A DNA stretch of 64,000 nucleotides from a virus. Lineage: Duplodnaviria > Caudoviricetes. Below the pieces are notes generated by a model. The model was not told the origin of the DNA, did not search any database, and saw only the letters and a program-made list of their open reading frames with translations. The DNA is taken from positions 7,254 through 71,253 of IMG/VR virus record IMGVR_UViG_3300017965_000002; one strand, written 5' to 3'. Made by a program: the position numbers and the translations under genes. Every line of letters begins with the position of its first letter. The stretch's first letter is position 1. Shown piece after piece: positions 38,662 to 45,710 of this stretch.

Positions 38662-38838
38662 ATGGGTGCAAATATCTGGTTCTGGATTATTTACGTTCTG
38701 ACGTTGGTTTTCGGCATCTGGGGTATGAATCCTTGGCGACCCTCTGGTCAACCGTGGGCACCATTCGGCAGCTGGTTTGTGGTCTTTCTTCTCGTGGGCA
38801 TTCTTGGTTGGGGAGTATTCGGCCCCCCTATACGATGA
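38662..38838 (+). CDS. 58-aa two-TM membrane protein, holin candidate (not in ORF track)
   Basis: AGGAG RBS; MGANIWFWIIYVLTLVFGIWG...WFVVFLLVGILGWGVFGPPIR. Confidence 0.6.
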   Translation: MGANIWFWIIYVLTLVFGIWGMNPWRPSGQPWAPFGSWFVVFLLVGILGWGVFGPPIR

Positions 38839-38889
38839 GCGACAACCCTTGCCGCTAATACCTCCTGCTCCGCCGTCGATCTGCAAGGA

Positions 38890-39087
38890 TTGTTGATGTC
38901 ACTACCGAAGGCTGATTACCAAGCGTACGACGAACCGATTCGAGTCTACGATCGCAATCACAAGGATCAATTGTTGGAGCGGTTGAAAGAACTGCATCCC
39001 GAACAGGACCCCTATTGTGATTGTCGTATCACAAAACCAAGACCTGCTGTTAATCAACGGAGAAAGTTAAATGCGAGTAATCCTTAG
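38890..39087 (+). CDS. hypothetical protein
   Basis: 65 aa ORF with AAGGA RBS. Confidence 0.5.
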   Translation: MLMSLPKADYQAYDEPIRVYDRNHKDQLLERLKELHPEQDPYCDCRITKPRPAVNQRRKLNASNP

Positions 39088-39256
39088 GTATGCACAAGTC
39101 GTTTCAATTACTAACGTTCCGACCTTACCCCTTGTTCATCCCGAGGAAGAAATAGTTGAAGCACCTGAGTTTGTTAAAGTGGGTTGGTATTGGGTGGAGG
39201 AGTATGGTTGGATTCCACCTGAATCTCAACGAAGAGAAAGGAGTAAGTCATGGTGA
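39071..39256 (+). CDS. hypothetical protein
   Basis: 61 aa ORF with GGAGA RBS. Confidence 0.5.
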   Translation: MRVILRYAQVVSITNVPTLPLVHPEEEIVEAPEFVKVGWYWVEEYGWIPPESQRRERSKSW

Positions 39257-39330
39257 AGATTATCTGTCATCCTAGAGGCTGTACGGTTCCCGTACCTCTA
39301 CCTGCTGACTATCCACAACCGCTGCCCTAG
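39250..39330 (+). CDS. 26-aa Cys micro-peptide, paralogue of 14337-14429
   Basis: AAAGGAG RBS; MVKIICHPRGCTVPVPLPADYPQPLP; last ORF before terminator. Confidence 0.6.
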   Translation: MVKIICHPRGCTVPVPLPADYPQPLP

Positions 39331-39347
39331 AACGGTTACATTCGATT

Positions 39348-39384
39348 AACGCAGCACAGCGTGAGCCGTGCTGCGTTTAATTTT
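39348..39384 (+). terminator. terminator between the convergent late and early arms
   Basis: AACGCAGCAC/GTGCTGCGTT 10-bp stem followed by TAATTTT. Confidence 0.7.
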
Positions 39385-39490
39385 GATGTACGTTTAAACC
39401 GTTTTAAACCGGGGCTGTATGCGTTTGAGGTCGCCGCCGCTACTACGGGCCACCCCCTAACGAAACCGCCCTGTACGCGGCTTAAAACGC
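39381..39490. repeat. diverged duplicated element, copy 1
   Basis: 31/36 identical to 45601-45636 over its first 36 bp; patchy similarity to ~110 bp. Confidence 0.65.
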
Positions 39491-39496
39491 CCCTCT

Positions 39497-40000
39497 TTAT
39501 CCTTTCCCAAATACAATACTTCTGATCTCCTTCTCACTTAGAACTTTCCCAACAATTCGACGTCCTACTTTATCTTTCAATCTGGCGTATGCAGAACTAA
39601 ATTCTCCACATTCAGTTCCTGTACAATCGCGTAACTTTTTACCGTTGGGCATTATTAAGTCAAGTAACACTGTCTGACGGATTTTTTCTGCTACTTCTTT
39701 TATAGCTTGTTCTCGAGTTTGTTTTCGAGTTTTAGAATAATTATGAATTCTAGATTTCTTTATCTGTAAGCCTGATTTTACAATCATTGTCAAATCGTTA
39801 GCAAAGCATCTTCGAATTGCTTCTTCAACTAAATCTTCTGATTGAAGAACCCTTTCCACATACAGTGATTCAAGATCTTCTTTACCGATATTTAGATTAT
39901 CTGTCATTAAGCGAAGTAGAACTCCGCGTAAATGATTTTCATCTCTCCACGTTGAACGTGTTTGTCCTCTTTGCGCGGGATTGTAATTTTCAGTCGACAT
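39497..40000 (-). CDS. hypothetical protein
   Basis: 167 aa; LLDLIMPNGKKLRDCTG motif. Confidence 0.7.
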   Translation of the reverse strand: MSTENYNPAQRGQTRSTWRDENHLRGVLLRLMTDNLNIGKEDLESLYVERVLQSEDLVEEAIRRCFANDLTMIVKSGLQIKKSRIHNYSKTRKQTREQAIKEVAEKIRQTVLLDLIMPNGKKLRDCTGTECGEFSSAYARLKDKVGRRIVGKVLSEKEIRSIVFGKG

Positions 40001-40478
40001 TTACATTCTCCATGATTTGTGTTACGTCGATTCCGAGTTCCTTTAATACCGTCAGCGGATTAATGTTAGACGGTACAGTAAGATTCATTGATTTTAAAGT
40101 TTCCCTAATTAACTTCTGTCTTGAGCGATATAATTTACTAAGAAAGCTCCTTAGTTCTATATCTTTAAGATATTGTTTCCTTTGTGATAGAGCAACTTTT
40201 TCAGGATACTTTTTTCGATATATTTCACTTCTTTTATTTCTTTGTATTCGATATTTCAATTCTGATTTTCTGACACTTAATCTAACTTTTTCTGGATTAT
40301 TTCTCATCCAATCAGCTGCTCTCTTTATACATAATTCTCTATTCTTATTGTACCAATCCTTTTTCGTTCTTCTCTCATTTTCTTCCCCACAAATACGTGA
40401 ACAAGTTACTCTTGGTCCAGGAAGCAATGGGCCGCACCTAAATTTCTTTTTACAGATGCAACAGCTCTGTCTAATCAT
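39990..40478 (-). CDS. basic, AT-rich protein resembling the non-catalytic part of homing endonucleases
   Basis: CCIC...CSRIC, NPEKV/YPEKV repeats; no HNH motif seen. Confidence 0.55.
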   Translation of the reverse strand: MIRQSCCICKKKFRCGPLLPGPRVTCSRICGEENERRTKKDWYNKNRELCIKRAADWMRNNPEKVRLSVRKSELKYRIQRNKRSEIYRKKYPEKVALSQRKQYLKDIELRSFLSKLYRSRQKLIRETLKSMNLTVPSNINPLTVLKELGIDVTQIMENVNVD

Positions 40479-40675
40479 TAACCTTTCTCCGCATCCATTC
40501 TAAGTGTTGCTTCTCGATCGCTGACTCGAGTGTATTCCCCACTCTTTAGATCTAAGAGTGTTCGGTTACCGCACTCCGGACAGAAATTTGGTAGACGGGG
40601 ATTCACCCAACATAACATCTGACCACAGCAGGGCATCTGAAATAATCTAAAATGAATCAGCTCGTTAGTTATCAT
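40478..40675 (-). CDS. zinc-ribbon protein
   Basis: PCCGQ...FCPECG. Confidence 0.65.
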   Translation of the reverse strand: MITNELIHFRLFQMPCCGQMLCWVNPRLPNFCPECGNRTLLDLKSGEYTRVSDREATLRMDAEKG

Positions 40676-41145
40676 TATACAACCCAATCCATTGTTGATG
40701 ATTCCTCATACCATACCGAACCATCAGGACGCACGATGCAGATCGGGCGTCGCAATTTACGAGCGGCACGGATCGTCGCCCAAGTACCTGAACCCCGCAT
40801 CCTTTCGATAACCTCACCCGGGGCGGCCATCAAACGTTCCGTCGCTTGGACAATGTTCTTGTTGCGTTTCAAATAGTCCGCAGGCTTGCGAATGTCGTCG
40901 GCCTTCTTGAAGGCCCGTCTGCCCGAATCTGAGGGCGGGTGGATCACGGGGCAGATGCCAACTGCGACGGCCATGTCGTGGGCCTGGGCGTCAGCACCAA
41001 TGCAGTCCCCATGATGCAATTCCGCTGGGATTTCAACACTGGCAGCAAGACCACGTTGTACTTCGAATAGACGTTTGAACACTTTAATCTGCTCTTGGGT
41101 CATTCCACGTTGTGTTCCCGTGAAACCCCAACGCAATACTTTCAT
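40675..41145 (-). CDS. SLOG superfamily protein (DprA/YspA-like Rossmannoid)
   Basis: GFTGTQ, HHGDCIGAD, YLKRNKNIV, SGTWATIR motifs. Confidence 0.8.
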   Translation of the reverse strand: MKVLRWGFTGTQRGMTQEQIKVFKRLFEVQRGLAASVEIPAELHHGDCIGADAQAHDMAVAVGICPVIHPPSDSGRRAFKKADDIRKPADYLKRNKNIVQATERLMAAPGEVIERMRGSGTWATIRAARKLRRPICIVRPDGSVWYEESSTMDWVV

Positions 41146-41408
41146 TTGAACTTTCTTGCTTCGTTCTGCTGCTGTTGAAGCGAATTCCACTGTGTGGCGC
41201 CACCGTCATGGAACGACTCAATGTGGCGCTCATAGGCAGCTTCGTTTGCATTGTCAACACACGACTGACAAATGAACTCACCATAATCGTTCTCGGGAAG
41301 TTCGCAGGGGCAGGCGCATTTCTGGCAGGGTGGTAGCAGCATGTCGTCCTCCGTTGGGTTACATGCACAGTATAGCACTTGCCCCTTTTGAGGGCAAGTG
41401 CTATCCAT
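41142..41408 (-). CDS. Cys-rich hypothetical protein
   Basis: Multiple CxxC/CxC motifs. Confidence 0.55.
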   Translation of the reverse strand: MDSTCPQKGQVLYCACNPTEDDMLLPPCQKCACPCELPENDYGEFICQSCVDNANEAAYERHIESFHDGGATQWNSLQQQQNEARKFK

Positions 41409-41414
41409 TAGAAA

Positions 41415-41801
41415 TTATTTATCTTTCTTTTTAGCAGAAGACAAAGCAAGAGCTTTGAGATCATCAAACTCGGTAGCTGGATCTGGTTTCTTTTCTACGA
41501 TTACTGGATCCTTTAGTGGAGTCGGTTCAGCGATATTGCCATTAAGAATTTTCAAGTGATGTTCTTCGAACGAGTCAATAGCCGATTGACAAGACGCCAC
41601 ATGCGCGTCGACGTTATCTGCTAGCGAGTTGGTAACTTTTTCGAAGTCCGCGATGTACTGTTCCGTTGCTTGCCGCATCTCTCTAGTTTTTTCTTCCGCA
41701 GCCTCAACTGCTGCCATCATTGCTTTGATAGCACTCTCAGTTGTGGTTCTGATTGCGCCTGTCGTTAAGATCGCAATACGTCTGGTGTCATTCTCTGTCA
41801 T
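41415..41801 (-). CDS. coiled-coil hypothetical protein
   Basis: Start MTENDTRR at 41801 with AAGGAG RBS. Confidence 0.65.
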   Translation of the reverse strand: MTENDTRRIAILTTGAIRTTTESAIKAMMAAVEAAEEKTREMRQATEQYIADFEKVTNSLADNVDAHVASCQSAIDSFEEHHLKILNGNIAEPTPLKDPVIVEKKPDPATEFDDLKALALSSAKKKDK

Positions 41802-42031
41802 CACTCTCTCCTTGTTGCTTTCTGGTAAAGATGCTTTCTGCAGTATTCGACTAGACTTAACGTAGCTTGTGCGGATAGAATTGTTTCGCAGATAATTGTT
41901 CCGTCTATTCGTCTGGAAAAGATGTGTAGACCGCACTCTATCTCTCCGCAAAATGTAGTATCATAATGATCAGCCTGTTCAATTTCAGGACCGGAAGGTT
42001 GGTAATCGAATTCCATTTGTGTCATCGGCAA
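41801..42031 (-). CDS. hypothetical protein
   Basis: 76 aa; couples to neighbours. Confidence 0.6.
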   Translation of the reverse strand: MPMTQMEFDYQPSGPEIEQADHYDTTFCGEIECGLHIFSRRIDGTIICETILSAQATLSLVEYCRKHLYQKATRRE

Positions 42032-42441
42032 TGCGTCTTAACGACGCTCCCTGATTTGTAGCTGCGGCATTCTGAATAAGGATTACTTTTACTGTGACAC
42101 GTTGTGATTGTTACCGAACCGCTGCGTCTCGTAGTGCAGTTGGCAGCGTCGGCAAGGTTCGGCAGCAACACTACGAATAAAGCTGTTACTGCCGCAACCT
42201 TTCTCAACTTTAACTTCGGGCGTTTTCTGGGTTCTACTACACAAACCCGTCCAACGAATTTTGTGAATCCTCTTTCCTGGTTTGCCATTCGGGTAATGTT
42301 ATCTCGATCGATCGCAATGTACATTCGAGACACCATTACAGATCGCTGTGTTTTATCCGCTATTTCTTGGGCGGCTTCTTCAGCATCTGTTTTCTTAGAG
42401 AAGTATCTATCTACTCCGGAATCGATGTAGTAGAGGTTCAT
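42022..42441 (-). CDS. hypothetical protein with internal hydrophobic segment and 4-Cys C-terminus
   Basis: TAATG start MNLYYIDSG. Confidence 0.55.
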   Translation of the reverse strand: MNLYYIDSGVDRYFSKKTDAEEAAQEIADKTQRSVMVSRMYIAIDRDNITRMANQERGFTKFVGRVCVVEPRKRPKLKLRKVAAVTALFVVLLPNLADAANCTTRRSGSVTITTCHSKSNPYSECRSYKSGSVVKTHCR

Positions 42442-42725
42442 TACATTTGTCCCCTTTCCTTTAGCATTTCGAGATGTAGAATTCTTGTAGCTTCGTCTTG
42501 GGTACGAAGTGAAGCAGCCATATTGACACAACAATATCCTGGGGTGTCTTCTGGAGTATCAGTTAACACTACCCAACTATAGTCTTTGTCGACAAGATCA
42601 AGGATTACAACTCCAAGTACCTTGTCATCGCTTGTGGCGTACCATTCTAGATTCTGATGTAGTATGGGACTACCCATCCTTGGGATATTGTAGTGTTTGG
42701 GATCAATCTTTCGGATTGAGCTCAT
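42441..42725 (-). CDS. hypothetical protein
   Basis: Start MSSIRKID with AGAGGG RBS. Confidence 0.6.
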   Translation of the reverse strand: MSSIRKIDPKHYNIPRMGSPILHQNLEWYATSDDKVLGVVILDLVDKDYSWVVLTDTPEDTPGYCCVNMAASLRTQDEATRILHLEMLKERGQM

Positions 42726-42726
42726 A

Positions 42727-43002
42727 TTAAGCCCTCTGTTTGCCACCTTGGATTACTCGGAATTGGCGATTGGATTTAACGAGCATCAGATCATAACCGA
42801 TTGCGTGAGCGACCGCTTGTATTGTTGCAAACTTCGGTCGTGAGACTGTACCTTTGGGCGACCAGTTATAGAGTGTATTAATCGAGACACCTGAAGTTTT
42901 TGAAATGTCTTTCCATTTGTGGCCGCCTTCTTTGGCCGCTGTCATCACAAGATTAAGCACAGGGTCTTTACCTCTGAAAGGATATGTCTTGTATATTGTC
43001 AC
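42727..43002 (-). CDS. XRE/Cro-like helix-turn-helix regulator
   Basis: WKDISKTSGVSINTLYNW...RPKFATIQAVAHAIG. Confidence 0.8.
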   Translation of the reverse strand: MTIYKTYPFRGKDPVLNLVMTAAKEGGHKWKDISKTSGVSINTLYNWSPKGTVSRPKFATIQAVAHAIGYDLMLVKSNRQFRVIQGGKQRA

Positions 43003-43331
43003 TTGGCTGTTCCCTTGTTGACGCTATAAACGCCATTCTTTGCAGAGATAGTCTTATCGTTCTTCATCTGATGAATGGGTCCATGGCAACCTTGACGTTT
43101 GCGACCAGCAGCTACAAACGCATCTCCAATCTCTTTGACTGACATTGGCTTTTTTGCAAGAAGTTCAAGTACGAGAGCCTTGTTTGTCTGGCCCCCATTC
43201 ATTTGCCTTATTGCAGGTTGTTTCACGTTGCTCAGTTCAACGTTGTAAGAGATTCGACGAGTCTCCATCCACTTGAGTAAAGGTGAGAGCTGTTCCATTG
43301 GAACAAGCGAAACAACTTTGAAGATATCCAT
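42999..43331 (-). CDS. winged-helix-like DNA-binding protein
   Basis: LVLELLAKKPMSVKEIGDAF...KNGVYSV. Confidence 0.6.
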   Translation of the reverse strand: MDIFKVVSLVPMEQLSPLLKWMETRRISYNVELSNVKQPAIRQMNGGQTNKALVLELLAKKPMSVKEIGDAFVAAGRKRQGCHGPIHQMKNDKTISAKNGVYSVNKGTAK

Positions 43332-43379
43332 CTGTTACTCCGTTTGTTTATTTAGACATACAGTGTAACACATTAACAG

Positions 43380-43616
43380 TTAGATGTCAATAGTGAGCCC
43401 TTTTGGTACGATAAGAATATCTACTTCAGTTCCAGGGTCAAGCCCTTCTGGTTTTTCATGTCCGACAAAGAGAGCTTCATAACTTCCTTCAAAATGCACA
43501 AACCATCCCAGTTTCTCGTGCATGAAGATTACTGTACCGTCTTCAAGTTTCTTTGCACCCAGAATACGTTGTTTCTCTTCAAGTGATGAGACACGAGTCG
43601 GAATACGGATGTTCAT
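43380..43616 (-). CDS. hypothetical protein
   Basis: ATGA coupling, 78 aa. Confidence 0.6.
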   Translation of the reverse strand: MNIRIPTRVSSLEEKQRILGAKKLEDGTVIFMHEKLGWFVHFEGSYEALFVGHEKPEGLDPGTEVDILIVPKGLTIDI

Positions 43617-43801
43617 TTCTTTTTCCGTTCCAATTCTTCAACTAACTCTAGTAACTGTAGATTTCGAAGCGTTCCATCTGTATCCCAAGGCCACGGCGGA
43701 GGTATCTTGCCACCCGCAGCGTAGATGCGATCTTCCAATCTTGTACGCATTACAAGAATCTCACGGATTAGATTTTTCCGTTTTGTAAGAATGTCTCTCA
43801 T
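43613..43801 (-). CDS. hypothetical protein
   Basis: ATGA coupling, 62 aa. Confidence 0.6.
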   Translation of the reverse strand: MRDILTKRKNLIREILVMRTRLEDRIYAAGGKIPPPWPWDTDGTLRNLQLLELVEELERKKK

Positions 43802-44034
43802 GATCGTTTAGCTCCTGCGAAAGCCAATTGAGTTAATCGGTTGATCACTGCTGCATCGCTTTCGTTAGGTAATCGTAGATTGTGTTTCTTGACAGTAGCC
43901 CAGAACGCTGTGCTGACTGCACCATCATCGTGACGCACAAGAACTGATAAAATAGGAAGCCCCGCTTTGATTCGATCATCGTCAATCGAACACAGCATCT
44001 CATCTATCATCTTCTTATCTACGTCATCGATCAT
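43798..44034 (-). CDS. hypothetical protein
   Basis: GLPILSVLV motif, 78 aa. Confidence 0.6.
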   Translation of the reverse strand: MIDDVDKKMIDEMLCSIDDDRIKAGLPILSVLVRHDDGAVSTAFWATVKKHNLRLPNESDAAVINRLTQLAFAGAKRS

Positions 44035-44203
44035 CTTTCTCTAGCCTCCATTCCGCAATCCATTGTTCCTTTAGATCACCGTTATTCCACCACGACACAG
44101 AGATCGTTACATCATGTGGGTAGAAACAGAAACCGATGACTGTTCCAATTACGGATCCCCCATCGATCTTAACTTTGTCTCCAAATGTGAATCTACTTTT
44201 CAT
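44024..44203 (-). CDS. 59-aa SH3-like small protein (not in ORF track)
   Basis: Manual translation MKSRFTFGDKVKIDGGSVIGTVIGFCF...; GAGGA RBS. Confidence 0.55.
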   Translation of the reverse strand: MKSRFTFGDKVKIDGGSVIGTVIGFCFYPHDVTISVSWWNNGDLKEQWIAEWRLEKDDR

Positions 44204-44221
44204 TGTTTGAGTTCCTCGTTT

Positions 44222-44467
44222 CTAATGTTCATCGGTTTCTGTACAACCACACTTCTCACATCTGCGTTTAACAGCACGCGGATGAAACCAATCTCCAGTA
44301 TAACTGACGATTTCCCACGCTGACCATTTGTGTCGACAATGGATGCCCAATTCTTTTCTAGTAAAGTTACCTTTCCATCGTTCGTCAACTGGTCGATTGG
44401 TACGACAGTAGTTTGCATGGTCACCACCATCGTAGCCACAGTCCTCGCAGATGTAATGTCCGCTCAT
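44222..44467 (-). CDS. Cys/His-rich hypothetical protein
   Basis: CEDC, HCRHKW, CEKC; ATGA coupled. Confidence 0.6.
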   Translation of the reverse strand: MSGHYICEDCGYDGGDHANYCRTNRPVDERWKGNFTRKELGIHCRHKWSAWEIVSYTGDWFHPRAVKRRCEKCGCTETDEH

Positions 44468-44685
44468 TGCCTTGGCTCCATTGCATCGCTTTCATCTAAA
44501 CAAAGCTTGCCACACTTGATGAGATCCATAACTGTGGCATTAAAGGTCTTCTGTTCAACCTTAGCCATTTCGATAACTTGTTCAAACAGTTGTGGTGGAA
44601 AACGAACTGCGATTTGTTTACTCCCATCTTCTCGATTGAACCCTATCGGATATTCGATTGGCTGTTTCATTTTCTGCATCTCCAT
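44464..44685 (-). CDS. Arc-like ribbon-helix-helix regulator
   Basis: IAVRFPPQLFEQVIEMAK...TFNATVMDLI. Confidence 0.7.
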   Translation of the reverse strand: MEMQKMKQPIEYPIGFNREDGSKQIAVRFPPQLFEQVIEMAKVEQKTFNATVMDLIKCGKLCLDESDAMEPRQ

Positions 44686-45098
44686 GTTTTGCCATTTTGA
44701 TTGTACACTTTACGCATACGATGTGCGCTACAGATATCTGGAGTAACTTTTTTCTGCGGCTTCTCAATAATAGGTGGTTTAGGTTTCTCAATAATAGGTG
44801 GTTTAACGATACGTTGTGTTTCGACAATACGCGGCTTATCAATAGGAATTGGAATCTCTCCTCCAACAACCCAACTAAAATCAGGTCGATATGAATTAGG
44901 AACAATCCGATCAGTCTTTACTACACGAGGTCCTGGAACGATTGGGGGAAGGTCACGAATCACATCAACCCATCTTTCATGCAGGGTTGGGGCTCGCGGT
45001 GTCGCTTGTCTGGAAACACCCCAGACAACGAAAACGACGCTGCATCCAGCAGCAAGATAAGCGAGCTTTAACAATCGGGGGACTCCGTTACACCACAT
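44667..45098 (-). CDS. membrane-anchored Pro-rich protein
   Basis: N-terminal TM; KPPIIEKP x2; C-terminal C...C. Confidence 0.55.
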   Translation of the reverse strand: MWCNGVPRLLKLAYLAAGCSVVFVVWGVSRQATPRAPTLHERWVDVIRDLPPIVPGPRVVKTDRIVPNSYRPDFSWVVGGEIPIPIDKPRIVETQRIVKPPIIEKPKPPIIEKPQKKVTPDICSAHRMRKVYNQNGKTWRCRK

Positions 45099-45130
45099 AT
45101 TATACGTGGTTCAAGCCCCTGATGCAAGCG

Positions 45131-45571
45131 TTATTTTTGGAGGGAGGCTTTAACCCAACTGATGAACCAAGTCTTGAAAGTCTCCCAATCTATCTCTCCT
45201 GTAACTTGCATCTGATGACCTTCAGGAAGAGGAAGATAGAAATAGGTTCTAACCCGCCAAGGTTTCTTATTCTGTCTATAAACGAGAACTGGAACACAAC
45301 CATCCCGCTTTGCAGAAGTCTCACATTGTCTCCACCATGTGTTGACACTTAGAATCTCTTGACGTTTAACTTCAACTGAGAGACCATAACAATTGAGTAG
45401 ATCCGAACCCCCGATAGCAGTTTGTATTTGATTTCTTTGAATGGTAGCCATCCCTTGAAGACATTCTTCTCTCGGGTAACCCAGCGTTTGCATTGCAAGA
45501 AAGATACAATAATTCATTGTATCCGCAACTTCGCGCTCTCCTGTTTTCCCTTTGTTAACGACGTGGATCAT
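45131..45571 (-). CDS. Holliday junction resolvase (Hjc-like PD-(D/E)XK)
   Basis: KGKTGERE, SDL, VEVKRQE, WWRQ, PVLVYRQN..W. Confidence 0.8.
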   Translation of the reverse strand: MIHVVNKGKTGEREVADTMNYCIFLAMQTLGYPREECLQGMATIQRNQIQTAIGGSDLLNCYGLSVEVKRQEILSVNTWWRQCETSAKRDGCVPVLVYRQNKKPWRVRTYFYLPLPEGHQMQVTGEIDWETFKTWFISWVKASLQK

Positions 45572-45600
45572 TACTGGTTCCCTTGTGCTGCGACCTGTGT

Positions 45601-45710
45601 TTTTGATGTGCGTTTAAACGCATTTGAACCGGGGCTACAGCGGTTTTCTTAAACGGCCGCCCCCTGCGTGGCCCCCTGCTGATCAGCGGCTGTACAGCCA
45701 TTTAAACTGG
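45601..45710. repeat. diverged duplicated element, copy 2
   Basis: TTTTGATGTGCGTTTAAACGCATTTGAACCGGGGCT vs copy 1 at 39381. Confidence 0.65.

Noticed and set aside
39817-40503. 228-aa + strand ORF
   Set aside because: Antisense shadow of AT-rich - strand genes; no RBS or recognisable content.
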